Below, one piece after another: positions 9,654-20,280 of a DNA stretch of 64,000 bases. Under the pieces are notes generated by a model. It did no database searches and was not told where the DNA came from. It saw only the letters and a list, made by a program, of their open reading frames with translations. Each line of letters starts with the position of its first letter. Positions within the stretch are counted from its first letter, which is position 1. Source of the DNA: Bacteroidales bacterium (GTDB taxonomy: Bacteria; Bacteroidota; Bacteroidia; Bacteroidales; FEN-979); contig JALNZC010000013.1 of assembly GCA_023229525.1 (NCBI GenBank), positions 17,286 to 81,285 on the forward strand, in the 5' to 3' direction. Made by a program: the position numbers and the translations under genes.

Positions 9654-10112
9654 TTATTTCCAATAATTTTTCATCATTTCCGAAACCCATAAAGGTTGAA
9701 CGATTTCTCTGTTGGGCAGGAACTCTTTAAATACGGGTTTAATATCCAATACCATTGTTCCATCTATCGCATCAAGGTACTTTACCTTTATTTTTCGTTC
9801 AGTATGTGCTATGAGTTCCACGGTACAAATTCCAATCCTGTTTGGCCTGTCTTTTTTTCTTTGTCCGAAGATGCCAACCAAAGGATAATCCGGATTGCCC
9901 CGTGGGCGACCTGAAAAAACAATTTCATTTGCTTTTACTTTGTCAAAATAATAGACTATTTCAAGATGTGAAAAATCGGAGATACAATTCAACGCTTCTG
10001 TTGGAATATCATCTGAAAGTTCTATCTCGGAAATTACTTCTTCCCAAAAATCATCAATCGGTTCTTTTCGCGAATTTTTAACTGTTCCTATAGGTCTTAA
10101 TTTAATTTCCAT
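9654..10112 (-). CDS. trmO: TsaA/TrmO-family SAM-dependent tRNA methyltransferase
   Basis: 152 aa with family motifs RPNRIGICTVELI and DGTMVLDIKP. Confidence 0.8.
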   Translation of the reverse strand: MEIKLRPIGTVKNSRKEPIDDFWEEVISEIELSDDIPTEALNCISDFSHLEIVYYFDKVKANEIVFSGRPRGNPDYPLVGIFGQRKKDRPNRIGICTVELIAHTERKIKVKYLDAIDGTMVLDIKPVFKEFLPNREIVQPLWVSEMMKNYWK

Positions 10113-10157
10113 CTTGTTAATTTTACAAAATATTAAATACAGCTAATCTCCAGATGT

Positions 10158-10508
10158 TCACTTGAACTTTTGTAAGCTTTCTTCAATTGATGAAATGATG
10201 TTGAGTGGGTTCTCATTTAATTGAATGCCAATGGAGACATGTCCGTCCCTGAAAGGCTTCACAAATTCATAGAAATTGCCATAGCGAACCAGAACGAATT
10301 CTGCTCCCCCACAATCAATGTTGCCCCGTTGTGTTACGAGCTTCAGCAGGGTTGGATTCACAATGAGTTCTTCATATTTGTCGGATTCCGAACTGCTGGT
10401 ATTCTGCAATTCTTGCCTGACTGAGGAAATTAATTTCCCATTGGTGTATATTGCTACATAGCGAATACCTAGGGATAACGAAAATATGATATCCATTAAT
10501 TGTTCCAT
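10158..10508 (-). CDS. hypothetical protein
   Basis: 116-aa ORF with no signal peptide and no recognisable motif. It lies downstream of the RND operon on the same strand. Confidence 0.45.
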   Translation of the reverse strand: MEQLMDIIFSLSLGIRYVAIYTNGKLISSVRQELQNTSSSESDKYEELIVNPTLLKLVTQRGNIDCGGAEFVLVRYGNFYEFVKPFRDGHVSIGIQLNENPLNIISSIEESLQKFK

Positions 10509-10554
10509 ACAGAATCAGTATTAAATTTCTCCGGTAAAGTTATCAATGAAAGCA

Positions 10555-13500
10555 TCACCCCAGAACCGGCGGCATTAATTTATAGATCACCGGGGTGACG
10601 ATACGTGAAAGCAATGTTGAACTGATCAATCCGCCAATGATAACGATGGCCAGAGGTGAGATCAGGGGGTTGGTAGAGATGGCAATCGGCATCAACCCCC
10701 CGATTGCCGTCATTGAAGTGAGGATGATGGGCAGAAAACGTATTTCCGAAGCGCTACGGATTGCGTCGTCAAGGGATGTGCCTTCCCTCCTCATCTGGTT
10801 CGTAAAATCGACCAGCAAAATGGTGTTCTTCACCTCAATTCCCGCAAGTGCGATCAGTCCGATGATGGCAACAAAAGAAACAGAATTCCCTGTTATCCAG
10901 AGTGCTGTCATCGCCCCGACCAGTCCGAGCGGGATCACCGAAAGAACGATCAGGGCATTCCGGAAGGATTTGAAGAGCAGGATCAGCACGCTAATGAACA
11001 GGAAGGTAGCCACGATAATGACACTTGTAAAACCACCAAATGCTTCGTTACGACTTTCGAATTCTCCACCCATCGAATAGGAATAACCGGCCGGCATCTT
11101 GAACTTGTCCATTTTACCTATTACCTCCGCGTTGACATTATCGTTCAGGAATCCTTTCCGAACAAAGGAGGTGACGGAGATTGTCCGGATCTTATTGTAG
11201 TGGTCGATTGAAAGAGGAGAAGATTCCAGCCGAAGCGAGGCAAGTTGCTTAAGAGGTACAGCTGCCCCCATGTTGCTGTTCACATAGAGATCGTTGAATA
11301 CGTCAAGTCTTGGTCTTCCTTCATGCGGGGTACCCACCAGAATATCATAACCCGTACCGTCAGCATCAGTAAACCTGCCGGTTTTAAGGCCGGCCACAGC
11401 CATACGGACTGTCCGGCCTATATTTACCGTAGGTATACCCAGTTGTTGTGCTTTGTCTTTATTTACAGCCACTATCATATCCGTTTTCAGATATTTAACC
11501 GGATTATTGACATACATGGTTCCCCTCATGCCTTTAAGCAGCGTCTCTACCCTGCCTGCCATTTGTCTCAGGGTATCCAGATTTTCCCCGAAAAGCCTGA
11601 CTTCTACAGGCGCAGGGACCATCATACCCTGTTCAAAATTCTTCACTTCGACACGTGCTCCCGGGTACGGAGTCCAGTTTTTCCTGAGAGATTCAATGAT
11701 CTCCAGTTTCTTTTTGGGATTAGTTTCGGGATTCAGTTGAACAAAGATCTCTGCAAAATCGCTACGGACGTTTGCCTGTGGTACGTTATAGTAGACCTGT
11801 GGATTTCCTTTCCCTATGTTTGAAGCAAAGTACTTCACATGGGGTTCCTTAGCCAACTGCCGTTCGATATCATGGGTTATAGAATCCGTGTACGCCAATC
11901 CCGATTGCAGTGGGGTTTCGATCCGAACCAGGAACTGGGGTTTCTCAGAGGATGGGAAAAGGCTGGTACCGATTACCTTGAATAATGCGAGAGATCCTGC
12001 AAAAAGAAGTCCGGCAATGCTGATAGTGATCCACGGTCTTGCAATGGCACGGTTAAGTACCTTTGAATAGAGACCGCTGATTAGCAGGCGTTTCATGCCG
12101 CGCATGAAAATATTGCCGCGCGATGGACCCTGATGTTCCTTCAGGATACGGCCGGCGAGAAGCGGTATAACCGTAAGAGAGACCACCAGGGAAGCGAGCA
12201 CACTCATTACTACTGCCATGGGAAGCCCACGGATGAAATCACCAGCCGTTTCGGGCATGAATGCCAACGGTAAAAATGCAATGATAAGTGTAATCGTGCA
12301 GCCTGTAACAGCAAGGCCGATCTGGTTGGTTGCTTTGAGCACGGCTTCTTTCCTACTGAATCCCTGTAACATCCACCGTTCAATGTTTTCAATAACCACG
12401 ATGCTGTCGTCGACCAGTATCCCAAGGGCAACGACCAGACCCACGATGGTCATCTGGGTCAGGGTGAAGCCGGTCATGTTGAGAAATATGATCCCCATGG
12501 CCAGTGAGAGCGGGATAGAGATCATCACGATAAGTGAAGAACGAAAACCAAGGGGCAGCAAGGTGATGGATAAAAGCAGAATCGCAATAAGGAAATCGGT
12601 TCCAAGGTCGGTAAGGCGCTTGTTTACGTTGTCGGCCTGGTCAAAGTTCTGTACCAGATCGATGGTAGGTGGCAGGCTTTTCTTAAAACGCCCGATCACC
12701 GGTTTGTACACCTTCTGGACCGAAGTAATGTTATTACCCGGTTTCAGCGCCGCTACAACGAATACACAGCGGTGGCCGTTGAGGCGGGTGTTATAATCGG
12801 AAGATGCCATGTCCTGGTAAACATCGGCAATGTCACGCATAAAAATATTCCGCCCGTTAACAGAATAAACGATCGCATTCCGGATATCCTCAACACTAGT
12901 AAATTTTCCGCTGGTTTTTACATTGAACGATTTGTTTCCTGCTTCAATGCTCCCACCGGGGATGGCCGACATTTCGCTCTGGATGGTTCCAAAAACCGCG
13001 TTCAGCGGTAGATTCATACGGGCCATCTTCTCCGGATGAAGATCAACCCTGACAAGTTGTTCTTCCAGCCCATGAATCTCCACATTTTTCAGAGCCGGGA
13101 TTTTTTCAAGTTCATCCTGCAGGTCTTCCGCTTTTTTTCTGAGTTTTTCTGACGAGATGTTTTCGGAAACGAGGGCCGTCTGAATCACATTTACACTGGA
13201 AGGAGTGACCTTCTGTACTTCAATGCTGACGATCTCCTCGGGAAGCTCTTTACGGGTGGCATTCACCTCACGCACAAGTTCCTGGTACTTATCATCCGCA
13301 TTCGTCCCGTATGCATATTCCACGTTGAGTACTGCAATCCCATCGCCTATGTTGCTTTTTATCCGTTTGATGTTTTCAAGCGCATAGATCTTTTTTTCAA
13401 GCGGATCTACCACCAGTTCTTCCATATCTTTCGGACTGGTGCCGGGATATACGATGACCACCGGGAAAAACGAAGTATGCAGTTCCGGATCTTCCGAACG

Positions 13501-13599
13501 CGGCATTGTCAGGATAGTCGAGATACCCAGTACAACGACCATCAGGAACATCACAATGGTGAACTGGGAATTTTTTATTGCTAATTCTGTGATTTTCAT
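10555..13599 (-). CDS. RND efflux transporter permease (AcrB/HAE1-type)
   Basis: 1014 aa from the Met at 13599 (MKITELAIKNSQF...). The ORF-track start at 13662 would overlap the upstream adaptor gene. Typical 12-TM RND with two large periplasmic loops. Confidence 0.95.
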   Translation of the reverse strand: MKITELAIKNSQFTIVMFLMVVVLGISTILTMPRSEDPELHTSFFPVVIVYPGTSPKDMEELVVDPLEKKIYALENIKRIKSNIGDGIAVLNVEYAYGTNADDKYQELVREVNATRKELPEEIVSIEVQKVTPSSVNVIQTALVSENISSEKLRKKAEDLQDELEKIPALKNVEIHGLEEQLVRVDLHPEKMARMNLPLNAVFGTIQSEMSAIPGGSIEAGNKSFNVKTSGKFTSVEDIRNAIVYSVNGRNIFMRDIADVYQDMASSDYNTRLNGHRCVFVVAALKPGNNITSVQKVYKPVIGRFKKSLPPTIDLVQNFDQADNVNKRLTDLGTDFLIAILLLSITLLPLGFRSSLIVMISIPLSLAMGIIFLNMTGFTLTQMTIVGLVVALGILVDDSIVVIENIERWMLQGFSRKEAVLKATNQIGLAVTGCTITLIIAFLPLAFMPETAGDFIRGLPMAVVMSVLASLVVSLTVIPLLAGRILKEHQGPSRGNIFMRGMKRLLISGLYSKVLNRAIARPWITISIAGLLFAGSLALFKVIGTSLFPSSEKPQFLVRIETPLQSGLAYTDSITHDIERQLAKEPHVKYFASNIGKGNPQVYYNVPQANVRSDFAEIFVQLNPETNPKKKLEIIESLRKNWTPYPGARVEVKNFEQGMMVPAPVEVRLFGENLDTLRQMAGRVETLLKGMRGTMYVNNPVKYLKTDMIVAVNKDKAQQLGIPTVNIGRTVRMAVAGLKTGRFTDADGTGYDILVGTPHEGRPRLDVFNDLYVNSNMGAAVPLKQLASLRLESSPLSIDHYNKIRTISVTSFVRKGFLNDNVNAEVIGKMDKFKMPAGYSYSMGGEFESRNEAFGGFTSVIIVATFLFISVLILLFKSFRNALIVLSVIPLGLVGAMTALWITGNSVSFVAIIGLIALAGIEVKNTILLVDFTNQMRREGTSLDDAIRSASEIRFLPIILTSMTAIGGLMPIAISTNPLISPLAIVIIGGLISSTLLSRIVTPVIYKLMPPVLG

Positions 13600-13612
13600 A
13601 AACAGACAGGAA

Positions 13613-14656
13613 TCAGTGAATAATGTTGATAAGAGAATTGTCCGAAAGGTATGCGCTCCCACTGACGATCAGGGAATTACATCCTTCAAGACCGCCATCG
13701 ATCAACATGTTATTGCGGGTAATCCCGGCAATGGAAACATTCGTACGGATGGCTTTTCGACGGTCATGGGTTACGAATACATAACCTTTGCTACCATCGC
13801 CATCCAGAAGGGCATCATAAGGAATGATCCAGAGTTTCCGGCCGTGTGATGGTGTGATTTTAACCTTGCCGAACATACCTGATGCTACGGAACGGCTGAG
13901 GCTCACCCTTGGTTTGATATCGATCGTAAAAGTGCCCGTGACCGGATCAACTCCTTCAGATTTTTTAGTGACAGAGCCTCTGACTGATTTCATATCAGGC
14001 AAATCGGAGGTGATGATTGCGGAATCCCCTGTTGACAGGTTGCTCCATTGCCCATCGCTTACAGCCACCCTCAGGATCCAGTTTCCGTCGCCAGCTCCGT
14101 TGGTCTGAAACACCGGTGTGCCCGGACTGACTACCTGCCCTTCATTCACGAATTTCCTGAGTACATAGCCATTCTCCGTCGCACGGATCTCCGAGAAGTT
14201 CTTATTGAAACGGGCTGTCTTGAGTTGTTCATTCGCAATGTCTAGTCCTGTCCGGGCGTTTTGAAACTGCTCTAGAGTGACCACACTGTCACGGTATAGA
14301 TTGCTTAGTCTGTTGAAATCGCGTTGAGCTTTCTCATAGGCCAGGTTGGCCTGGGTCACCTGGGCCGTAATTTCCGTCAGATCGAGTGTTGCAAGCAACT
14401 GGCCCTTTTTAATCGCATCACCTTCCCTGACGAACAGGTGTTGTACAATACCTCCGGTTTTAAACGAACGCATGGTTTCATCATCGGTAGTGAAACTGCC
14501 GGATGCATACACCGGTTCATATACGGTTTGCTGCTGCAGGGTGATCACTTTTACCGGAACCGGGACTTCGGTTGTTACATACGGTTTTATTTCGGAACGG
14601 CTGCATGCTGCGATAATCACAGGGAGCAAAAAAAGATATAATCTGTTTGTTTTCAT
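13613..14656 (-). CDS. efflux RND periplasmic adaptor subunit
   Basis: 347 aa with lipoprotein signal (PVIIAACS) and HlyD_D23/biotin-lipoyl-like segments. Sits between the TolC-like and RND genes. Confidence 0.9.
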   Translation of the reverse strand: MKTNRLYLFLLPVIIAACSRSEIKPYVTTEVPVPVKVITLQQQTVYEPVYASGSFTTDDETMRSFKTGGIVQHLFVREGDAIKKGQLLATLDLTEITAQVTQANLAYEKAQRDFNRLSNLYRDSVVTLEQFQNARTGLDIANEQLKTARFNKNFSEIRATENGYVLRKFVNEGQVVSPGTPVFQTNGAGDGNWILRVAVSDGQWSNLSTGDSAIITSDLPDMKSVRGSVTKKSEGVDPVTGTFTIDIKPRVSLSRSVASGMFGKVKITPSHGRKLWIIPYDALLDGDGSKGYVFVTHDRRKAIRTNVSIAGITRNNMLIDGGLEGCNSLIVSGSAYLSDNSLINIIH

Positions 14657-14667
14657 GTGTTTGATTT

Positions 14668-16035
14668 TTAAATTGTGGATGATGCTGTTTGACGTTTCAG
14701 GTCGGCATAGGCCGACAATACTTTATATCTGTTCAATTTTACCTGGATCTCGGATGCTGTAAGCTGATTTCGTGCATCCATGAATTCTATCAGGCTGTTG
14801 ATTCCTTCCGCGTAACCTTTATCGATCAGATTGAAATAGGCTCTGGCGCTTTTATATTGCTTTTCGGAAGATTCGAGGTTAACCATTGCAGTACTGAGGT
14901 TATTACGTGCAACTCCAGCTGCAACAGTGAATTGTTTACTTGTATTTTCAGTACGGATGGCCAAATCGTCCATTTCAAGTTTTGTTGTGGAGATCTTCAC
15001 GCTGTTGCGGAGGCCGCTGAAGATGGGAATGGTGACCTGGAACCCTGCCAGGATATACTTGCTTTTACTGTCGAATTGCCAATCAAAAGCCTGTGAGCCC
15101 AAGTCGACAAAGGTGTTGACTTTCGGAACGGCATAACGCTGGTTCATACTGAGCTCTGCCTGGCGGATGGAGGTGGCAGTAACAAGTTCCTTCAGTTCGC
15201 TCCGGTTCATAATAACCGGGGTCTCCGAGATCGCCTTTGAGAGTTCGGGAGGCAATGGCAACGATTCATAAATAACGGTATCAGCAAGCGGCCGGTTCAG
15301 CAGGAAATTAAACCATGAACGGGCATTCTGCTGTTGGTTTTCCACTTCATGAAGCCTGGAAGTGATCGCCTCTATTTCGCTCTCTGCCCGAAGGATATTG
15401 GCCGCCAGGCCTTTGCCGTTGCGAACCAGCGATTCATTGATCTGCAGGTTTCGCCTGACAAGATCCTGTGCGCTTTCATAGACCTTAGCCGCATCCACAG
15501 CCAGGCAATAGTTGTAATATGCCGTTTCGATATCGTGGATGAGCTCTTGCCGGTAAGTTTCAACTTCATACTCGACCAAATGTATTTCCTGTTTTTTGAT
15601 CCTGTAATTATAATACAGATCTGTGTTTACCAGAGGGTATGCAATTCTCACCCGGGCATCATAAAAATTCTTTGGCAGAAGATGGATGTCACTATTTTCG
15701 ACCTGAGGGAAATTATGTGACGAAGTTAACTGGTTCAGGGTGGAATAGACCGGATTTAATAGGTCTCCCACCGGGAACTCGATAGTACGCCCTCCTTCAG
15801 CCCATGTATAATCACCGGTAAAACCTGCAGAAGGGTAAAACCAGCTCCTGGCCTCTTTCAGCGCCAGCAGGCTCTGTTCAAGCCCAATATTCTTCTGTTT
15901 CATGACCAGGTTGTTGGCTAACCCTTCTTCTATATACTTTGGAAGATATACCTGGGCTCTGATCGAAGCGGGATGAACAAATCCCACGATAAGGAGTGCA
16001 CTAATAAATAACATCTCTAATTTATTATACATCAT
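14668..16035 (-). CDS. TolC-family outer-membrane efflux protein
   Basis: 455 aa with a signal peptide and duplicated OEP repeats. Part of a tight operon with 11-14 nt gaps. Confidence 0.85.
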   Translation of the reverse strand: MMYNKLEMLFISALLIVGFVHPASIRAQVYLPKYIEEGLANNLVMKQKNIGLEQSLLALKEARSWFYPSAGFTGDYTWAEGGRTIEFPVGDLLNPVYSTLNQLTSSHNFPQVENSDIHLLPKNFYDARVRIAYPLVNTDLYYNYRIKKQEIHLVEYEVETYRQELIHDIETAYYNYCLAVDAAKVYESAQDLVRRNLQINESLVRNGKGLAANILRAESEIEAITSRLHEVENQQQNARSWFNFLLNRPLADTVIYESLPLPPELSKAISETPVIMNRSELKELVTATSIRQAELSMNQRYAVPKVNTFVDLGSQAFDWQFDSKSKYILAGFQVTIPIFSGLRNSVKISTTKLEMDDLAIRTENTSKQFTVAAGVARNNLSTAMVNLESSEKQYKSARAYFNLIDKGYAEGINSLIEFMDARNQLTASEIQVKLNRYKVLSAYADLKRQTASSTI

Positions 16036-16043
16036 ATATATTA

Positions 16044-16057
16044 TTAACAGTGTTTAG
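16044..16057 (-). promoter_or_regulatory. candidate TetR operator copy 1 (CTAAACACTGTTAA on minus strand)
   Basis: Shares the 12-mer CTAAACACTGTT with the site at 16732-16745. Lies in the 39-nt tetR-tolC spacer. Confidence 0.4.
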
Positions 16058-16074
16058 TATGAATACAAAAAAAA

Positions 16075-16704
16075 CTAAATTTTGTCCAATATTTTGACAA
16101 GTTCTTCAAATCCGCTCAAATGAACTGGTGGATGATCACCATCAATACCCATGCAATCGATACCTTTACAACGGTCACGTATTTCCAATGCAACCATGCC
16201 GTGAACACAACTCCATATCAGGAAAGAGAGTGCATCGGGATCATGACCTGCGAAACGGCCTGCAGCCATGCATTCCTTCACGGTATTGGCCAGAAATCCA
16301 AATGCTCTTTCTCCATCATGCCAATTCTTCTCCTTTACTTTTTCGAGGAAATTCATCGGGGCCTTGGCCATAAACATAAGATCGTACCTTTCGGTATCCT
16401 CAAATGCGAACTCAAGGTAGACTCTGCCAATCGCCTTAAGTCTTTCAAGCGGGTCAGCCACAGCCATAAGAACTGAACTTCTGGTAGCCAGTTCATTGAA
16501 TGCAAAGGAATGAAGCTCATGGAGGATCTCATCCTTGTCTTTGAAATAAAGGTAGATTGTTGCCGGACTATATTCGATACGCTCGGCAATATTGCGGATG
16601 GAAGTTTCATCGATACCTTTTTCAATGAAAAGTTCATGTGCAGCTTTCAGTATCAAAGCTTTAAGCTCGAGTTTTTCTTTGCTTTTCCGTTCAATGATAC
16701 CCAT
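16075..16704 (-). CDS. TetR/AcrR-family transcriptional regulator
   Basis: N-terminal TetR HTH (ETSIRNIAERIEYSPATIYLYFKDKDEIL). Heads the RND operon. Confidence 0.9.
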   Translation of the reverse strand: MGIIERKSKEKLELKALILKAAHELFIEKGIDETSIRNIAERIEYSPATIYLYFKDKDEILHELHSFAFNELATRSSVLMAVADPLERLKAIGRVYLEFAFEDTERYDLMFMAKAPMNFLEKVKEKNWHDGERAFGFLANTVKECMAAGRFAGHDPDALSFLIWSCVHGMVALEIRDRCKGIDCMGIDGDHPPVHLSGFEELVKILDKI

Positions 16705-16723
16705 GATGAATAATTTAACGCTG

Positions 16724-16745
16724 CAAATATACTAAACACTGTTTA
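16724..16745 (-). promoter_or_regulatory. candidate -7 box (TATATTTG on minus strand) with adjacent palindromic operator TAAACAcTGTTTA
   Basis: CAAATATA at 16724-16731 is the reverse complement of TAnnTTTG, 20 nt upstream of the tetR ATG. The palindrome at 16733-16745 abuts it. Confidence 0.4.
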
Positions 16746-16900
16746 TAAAATCCAAATTTTTTAGCAATTATTTTTTATTTTTTTTTATAAATTTGCTGTT
16801 TATTTATTAACAATGAAGGATCAAAGTTAAGGGTATTTGATGTAATCAGAAGGTTTTCACAGGTTCTTTACACTTTGATCCACCTTTAATCATTATCCAG

Positions 16901-18286
16901 ATGAAAAGATTTATCCTCTGCGGAATGCTACCGCTGCTGCTCGTTATTGGGGCCAATGCCCAAAACACCGAACAGAAGAAGGGTCTTCAGGAGTTCAAAA
17001 AGAATCCAGAACAAAAGCCCATGGATCAAAAATCTCCCGAGAAAAAACCGCTTTTCGGTATTGTATTTTCCGGTTATGTGAAAACGGATATCATCTACGA
17101 TACCCGCCAGACCTGTGGTTTGCGAGATGGTCATTTTCTGCTCTACCCGGAACCGGTAAAACCTGACGCCGAGGGTAAGGATATTAACGCAAAAGCAACG
17201 TACAACATCCTTTCCATCCAGACGCGCTTTGCCGCCTCAGTTACTGGTCCTGATGCTCTGGGGGCCAAGACGTCGGCCTATATTGAAGCGGAATTTTTCG
17301 GGAATATCAATCCGAACATCAATTCCTTCAGGCTTCGCCATGCATGGATTAAGTTAAACTGGCCGCATACCGAACTGTTGGTCGGTCAATGGTGGCATCC
17401 TATGTTTGTCCCAGAATGCTCTCCGGGTACGGTTTCGTTCAATACGGGTGCGCCTTTCGTGGTGTTCTCACGCAATCCACAAATAAAGATCACCCAGCGT
17501 GCGGGAAAATTCAGTCTTGCCCTGACCGTGCTTTCGCAGGTTGATTTTATGAGCGACGGTCCTGAAGGGGCAAATACCAAATACATCCGGAATTCGGTAA
17601 TCCCCGAATCGGACCTGCAGTTTCAGTTTCTCACGGTGGACAAGGTTAAAAACATCGAATTCCTGTGCGGTTTCGGGATCAACTGGCAGATGCTCACCCC
17701 CAGGTTATCCTCTTTGGTTACCCTCAGTCCGGCGTACGATACAGTGATCAACGGAAAAGTATTCCACCACGATGTAGTCACCGATACTTATAAAACTGAT
17801 GTTAAATCCACCTCCATGGCCTATAATGCCTATGTCAAACTTAAATTGAAAAAGGTGACATTCAAGCTGGGCGGGGAATACGGCGGGAACAACAACGCTT
17901 ATACCATGCTGGGCGGTTACGTGGTGAGATCTGTGACTGATCCGACCCGCGGATTGGTCGATTATGCAAATATCCGCACCTTTGCCGCCTGGGCCGAATT
18001 ACATACAAATGCGGTCCGCTGGCAACCCGGTCTTTTTGCAGCATACAGCAAAAACCTTGGCGCAGGTGAAATGGTTGCAGGTCCTTATTACGTCCGGGGT
18101 AACAATATCGATTATGCTTACCGCATCTCGCCCAGGCTCGTTTTCAATGCAAATAAATTCAGGCTGGCCGGGGAACTTGAATATACAGTGGCGGCATATG
18201 GCACGACCAATGAAAAGGGATTTGTAAGCTCCCCCTCTGAGGTTGGAAACCTCAGGTTCCTGCTTGGGGTATATTACTTTTTTTAA
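16901..18286 (+). CDS. putative outer-membrane porin (beta-barrel)
   Basis: 461 aa with a signal peptide (LLLVIGANAQ), a charged linker, then alternating beta-strand-like sequence. C-terminal aromatic signature LGVYYFF. Confidence 0.55.
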   Translation: MKRFILCGMLPLLLVIGANAQNTEQKKGLQEFKKNPEQKPMDQKSPEKKPLFGIVFSGYVKTDIIYDTRQTCGLRDGHFLLYPEPVKPDAEGKDINAKATYNILSIQTRFAASVTGPDALGAKTSAYIEAEFFGNINPNINSFRLRHAWIKLNWPHTELLVGQWWHPMFVPECSPGTVSFNTGAPFVVFSRNPQIKITQRAGKFSLALTVLSQVDFMSDGPEGANTKYIRNSVIPESDLQFQFLTVDKVKNIEFLCGFGINWQMLTPRLSSLVTLSPAYDTVINGKVFHHDVVTDTYKTDVKSTSMAYNAYVKLKLKKVTFKLGGEYGGNNNAYTMLGGYVVRSVTDPTRGLVDYANIRTFAAWAELHTNAVRWQPGLFAAYSKNLGAGEMVAGPYYVRGNNIDYAYRISPRLVFNANKFRLAGELEYTVAAYGTTNEKGFVSSPSEVGNLRFLLGVYYFF

Positions 18287-18336
18287 ACCACTTTGATCTC
18301 AAACGTTTTTCTTCCTGCAAAAGGTGTATCCTGGCT

Positions 18337-19512
18337 CTAAAACGAACCCTTCAAGCGGATAAAGATGGAGGTCTGCGAAAACCCCGATGTTGTCGGATCA
18401 TAGGACTGAAAGGATTGCGCAATCACCGAAAGATCCAGGTTGTTCATGAGGGAGAAAGTAAAAGTGGGGATGATGAAATACATGCTGTTGTTTGGATTAT
18501 AGATACCTGCCAGCGCAAGGCTTATCAGCGGAGTGACAGGGTAGGAGATGTTGCCAAAGATGGAGAAACCGTTCAGGAAGGGGTTCTTGGCATTCAGCAA
18601 TCCCGAATTGAACTGGTTGATTAGAATATTTAGAGAGTTCACCGGATTTGAATTGTAAAAACCTTCAAACTGGATGAATATAGAATTCCTGAAGGTGTAA
18701 TCATATTCCACTGAAGAGAGAAATACACCTGCTGTATCACCGAAATGCTGCAGCGGCTGGAACCAGGTCATCTCCCCCTTAAATCCGCCTTTGGCGATCT
18801 GCCCGGCCCATCCCAATCCAACCACCAGGTCGCTCTGGGTATATATCCCCGCCAATCCCTGGAAATCATATTTCCATTTGTTGAACCTGTACAAACCAGC
18901 AGCAGTGATTTTCTGGTCCTTATCAGCTTTGACGGCGATCTCGGCTTTTGACGAAGGACCGGTAAAATACTGGATCCTTATTGCATCGCTCCCAGGTTTT
19001 TCTTCATAATCAAAATCGAAGTAAGAATAGGTATTGAATATATCGTTGGGATTCCATACAAAAGTCTGGCTCCAGTTTATTCTCTGGCGACCCAGGGTGA
19101 CCTGGAAGTTTTTCCGTGTATAATCCAACCAAGCCCGGTCAATGGCAACATTGAGCACATAGGAATTCCCTGAAAAGAGGTTCCACGACATATTCACTAC
19201 TCCGTTATCATAGGCGATAAAATCCTTGTATTGCGGATTCAGCTTTGTAAGTTCACCCCAGTAAAAACGGTTTCTCTCCTCGAAGCAGAAGGTGAAGCTC
19301 TTGGAGATGTTCCACCTGAAGTTTAGACGGTTATGGATCAGGTTGCTGGTAACCCAGGTAGAACCAGTGTTTGGGATGATCATGGTTTGCATGTCTTTCA
19401 GATATCCGTTGAATGACCAGTTCCGCTCTTTCTTCACCGGGATGGAATCCTGCGATTTGGCATCAAAAGCAATGACACACAATAAAAGTAATGTTAGCAA
19501 TCTCCGTGACAT
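18337..19512 (-). CDS. hypothetical outer-membrane beta-barrel protein (last gene of the ABC exporter operon)
   Basis: 391 aa with a signal peptide (LLCVIAFDAKSQ), aromatic-rich alternating sequence and C-terminal ...RLKGSF. Confidence 0.5.
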   Translation of the reverse strand: MSRRLLTLLLLCVIAFDAKSQDSIPVKKERNWSFNGYLKDMQTMIIPNTGSTWVTSNLIHNRLNFRWNISKSFTFCFEERNRFYWGELTKLNPQYKDFIAYDNGVVNMSWNLFSGNSYVLNVAIDRAWLDYTRKNFQVTLGRQRINWSQTFVWNPNDIFNTYSYFDFDYEEKPGSDAIRIQYFTGPSSKAEIAVKADKDQKITAAGLYRFNKWKYDFQGLAGIYTQSDLVVGLGWAGQIAKGGFKGEMTWFQPLQHFGDTAGVFLSSVEYDYTFRNSIFIQFEGFYNSNPVNSLNILINQFNSGLLNAKNPFLNGFSIFGNISYPVTPLISLALAGIYNPNNSMYFIIPTFTFSLMNNLDLSVIAQSFQSYDPTTSGFSQTSIFIRLKGSF

Positions 19513-19560
19513 GATCTTCCGACAATTTCTCCTTACAACACTTTTTTCATTCTTTTTCTT

Positions 19561-20271
19561 TCATGAATGAGGGACAGTAGGAGCGTTGTTCCGTTTGATG
19601 TCCCCGACGATCTTGCCGTCTTCAAGTGTTATTACCCGCCGCGCCTTCGCAACAACCCGTGAATCGTGGGTTGAAAATATAAAGGTGATGTTCTCTTCCC
19701 GGTTCAGCTTCTCCATGATCTCCAGCAGGTTCTCCGCCGATCTGGAATCGAGGTTGGCGGTAGGTTCATCGGCAAGGATGAATTTTGGCTTCGATGCCAG
19801 GGCACGGGCTACCGCAACCCGTTGCTGCTGGCCTCCCGACAGCTTATTGGGCCTTACGTTGATCTTATCTCCCAACCCTACGGAATCAAGCAGCTCAATG
19901 GTTCGTTTATCCCTTTGATCTTTGTTCACTCCCTGAAGCTGCATGATGAACTCCACGTTTTCCTTGGCGGTTAACACCGGAATCAGGTTAAATGATTGAA
20001 AGACGAAGCCAATATTTCTCAACCTGAAATCGATCAGTTTCCTGGATGTCAATTCCGTAATGTCCGTTTGGTCAATGATGATCTCACCTCCCGACGGTGA
20101 ATCAAGTCCACCCAGCAGGTTAAGCATTGTTGTTTTCCCTGATCCAGATGGTCCTACAATGCTGGTGAACTCACCTACATTGAAAGCCAGGTCAACCCCG
20201 TTCAAGGCATAAACCGGAATCGTCTTCTCATCATATACCTTACTCAGATTTTTTATCTCAATGATGTTCAT
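19561..20271 (-). CDS. ABC transporter ATP-binding protein (LolD/MacB-type)
   Basis: Walker A GPSGSGKTT, signature LSGGQQQRVAVARAL, Walker B ILADEPTANLD. Confidence 0.95.
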   Translation of the reverse strand: MNIIEIKNLSKVYDEKTIPVYALNGVDLAFNVGEFTSIVGPSGSGKTTMLNLLGGLDSPSGGEIIIDQTDITELTSRKLIDFRLRNIGFVFQSFNLIPVLTAKENVEFIMQLQGVNKDQRDKRTIELLDSVGLGDKINVRPNKLSGGQQQRVAVARALASKPKFILADEPTANLDSRSAENLLEIMEKLNREENITFIFSTHDSRVVAKARRVITLEDGKIVGDIKRNNAPTVPHS

Positions 20272-20280
20272 CTTTAAATA

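Noticed and set aside
13600-13662. N-terminal extension of the RND permease (MGAHTFRTILLSTLFTDSCLF)
   Set aside because: It would overlap the stop region of the upstream adaptor gene. The canonical RND N-terminus MKITELAIKN starts at 13599.
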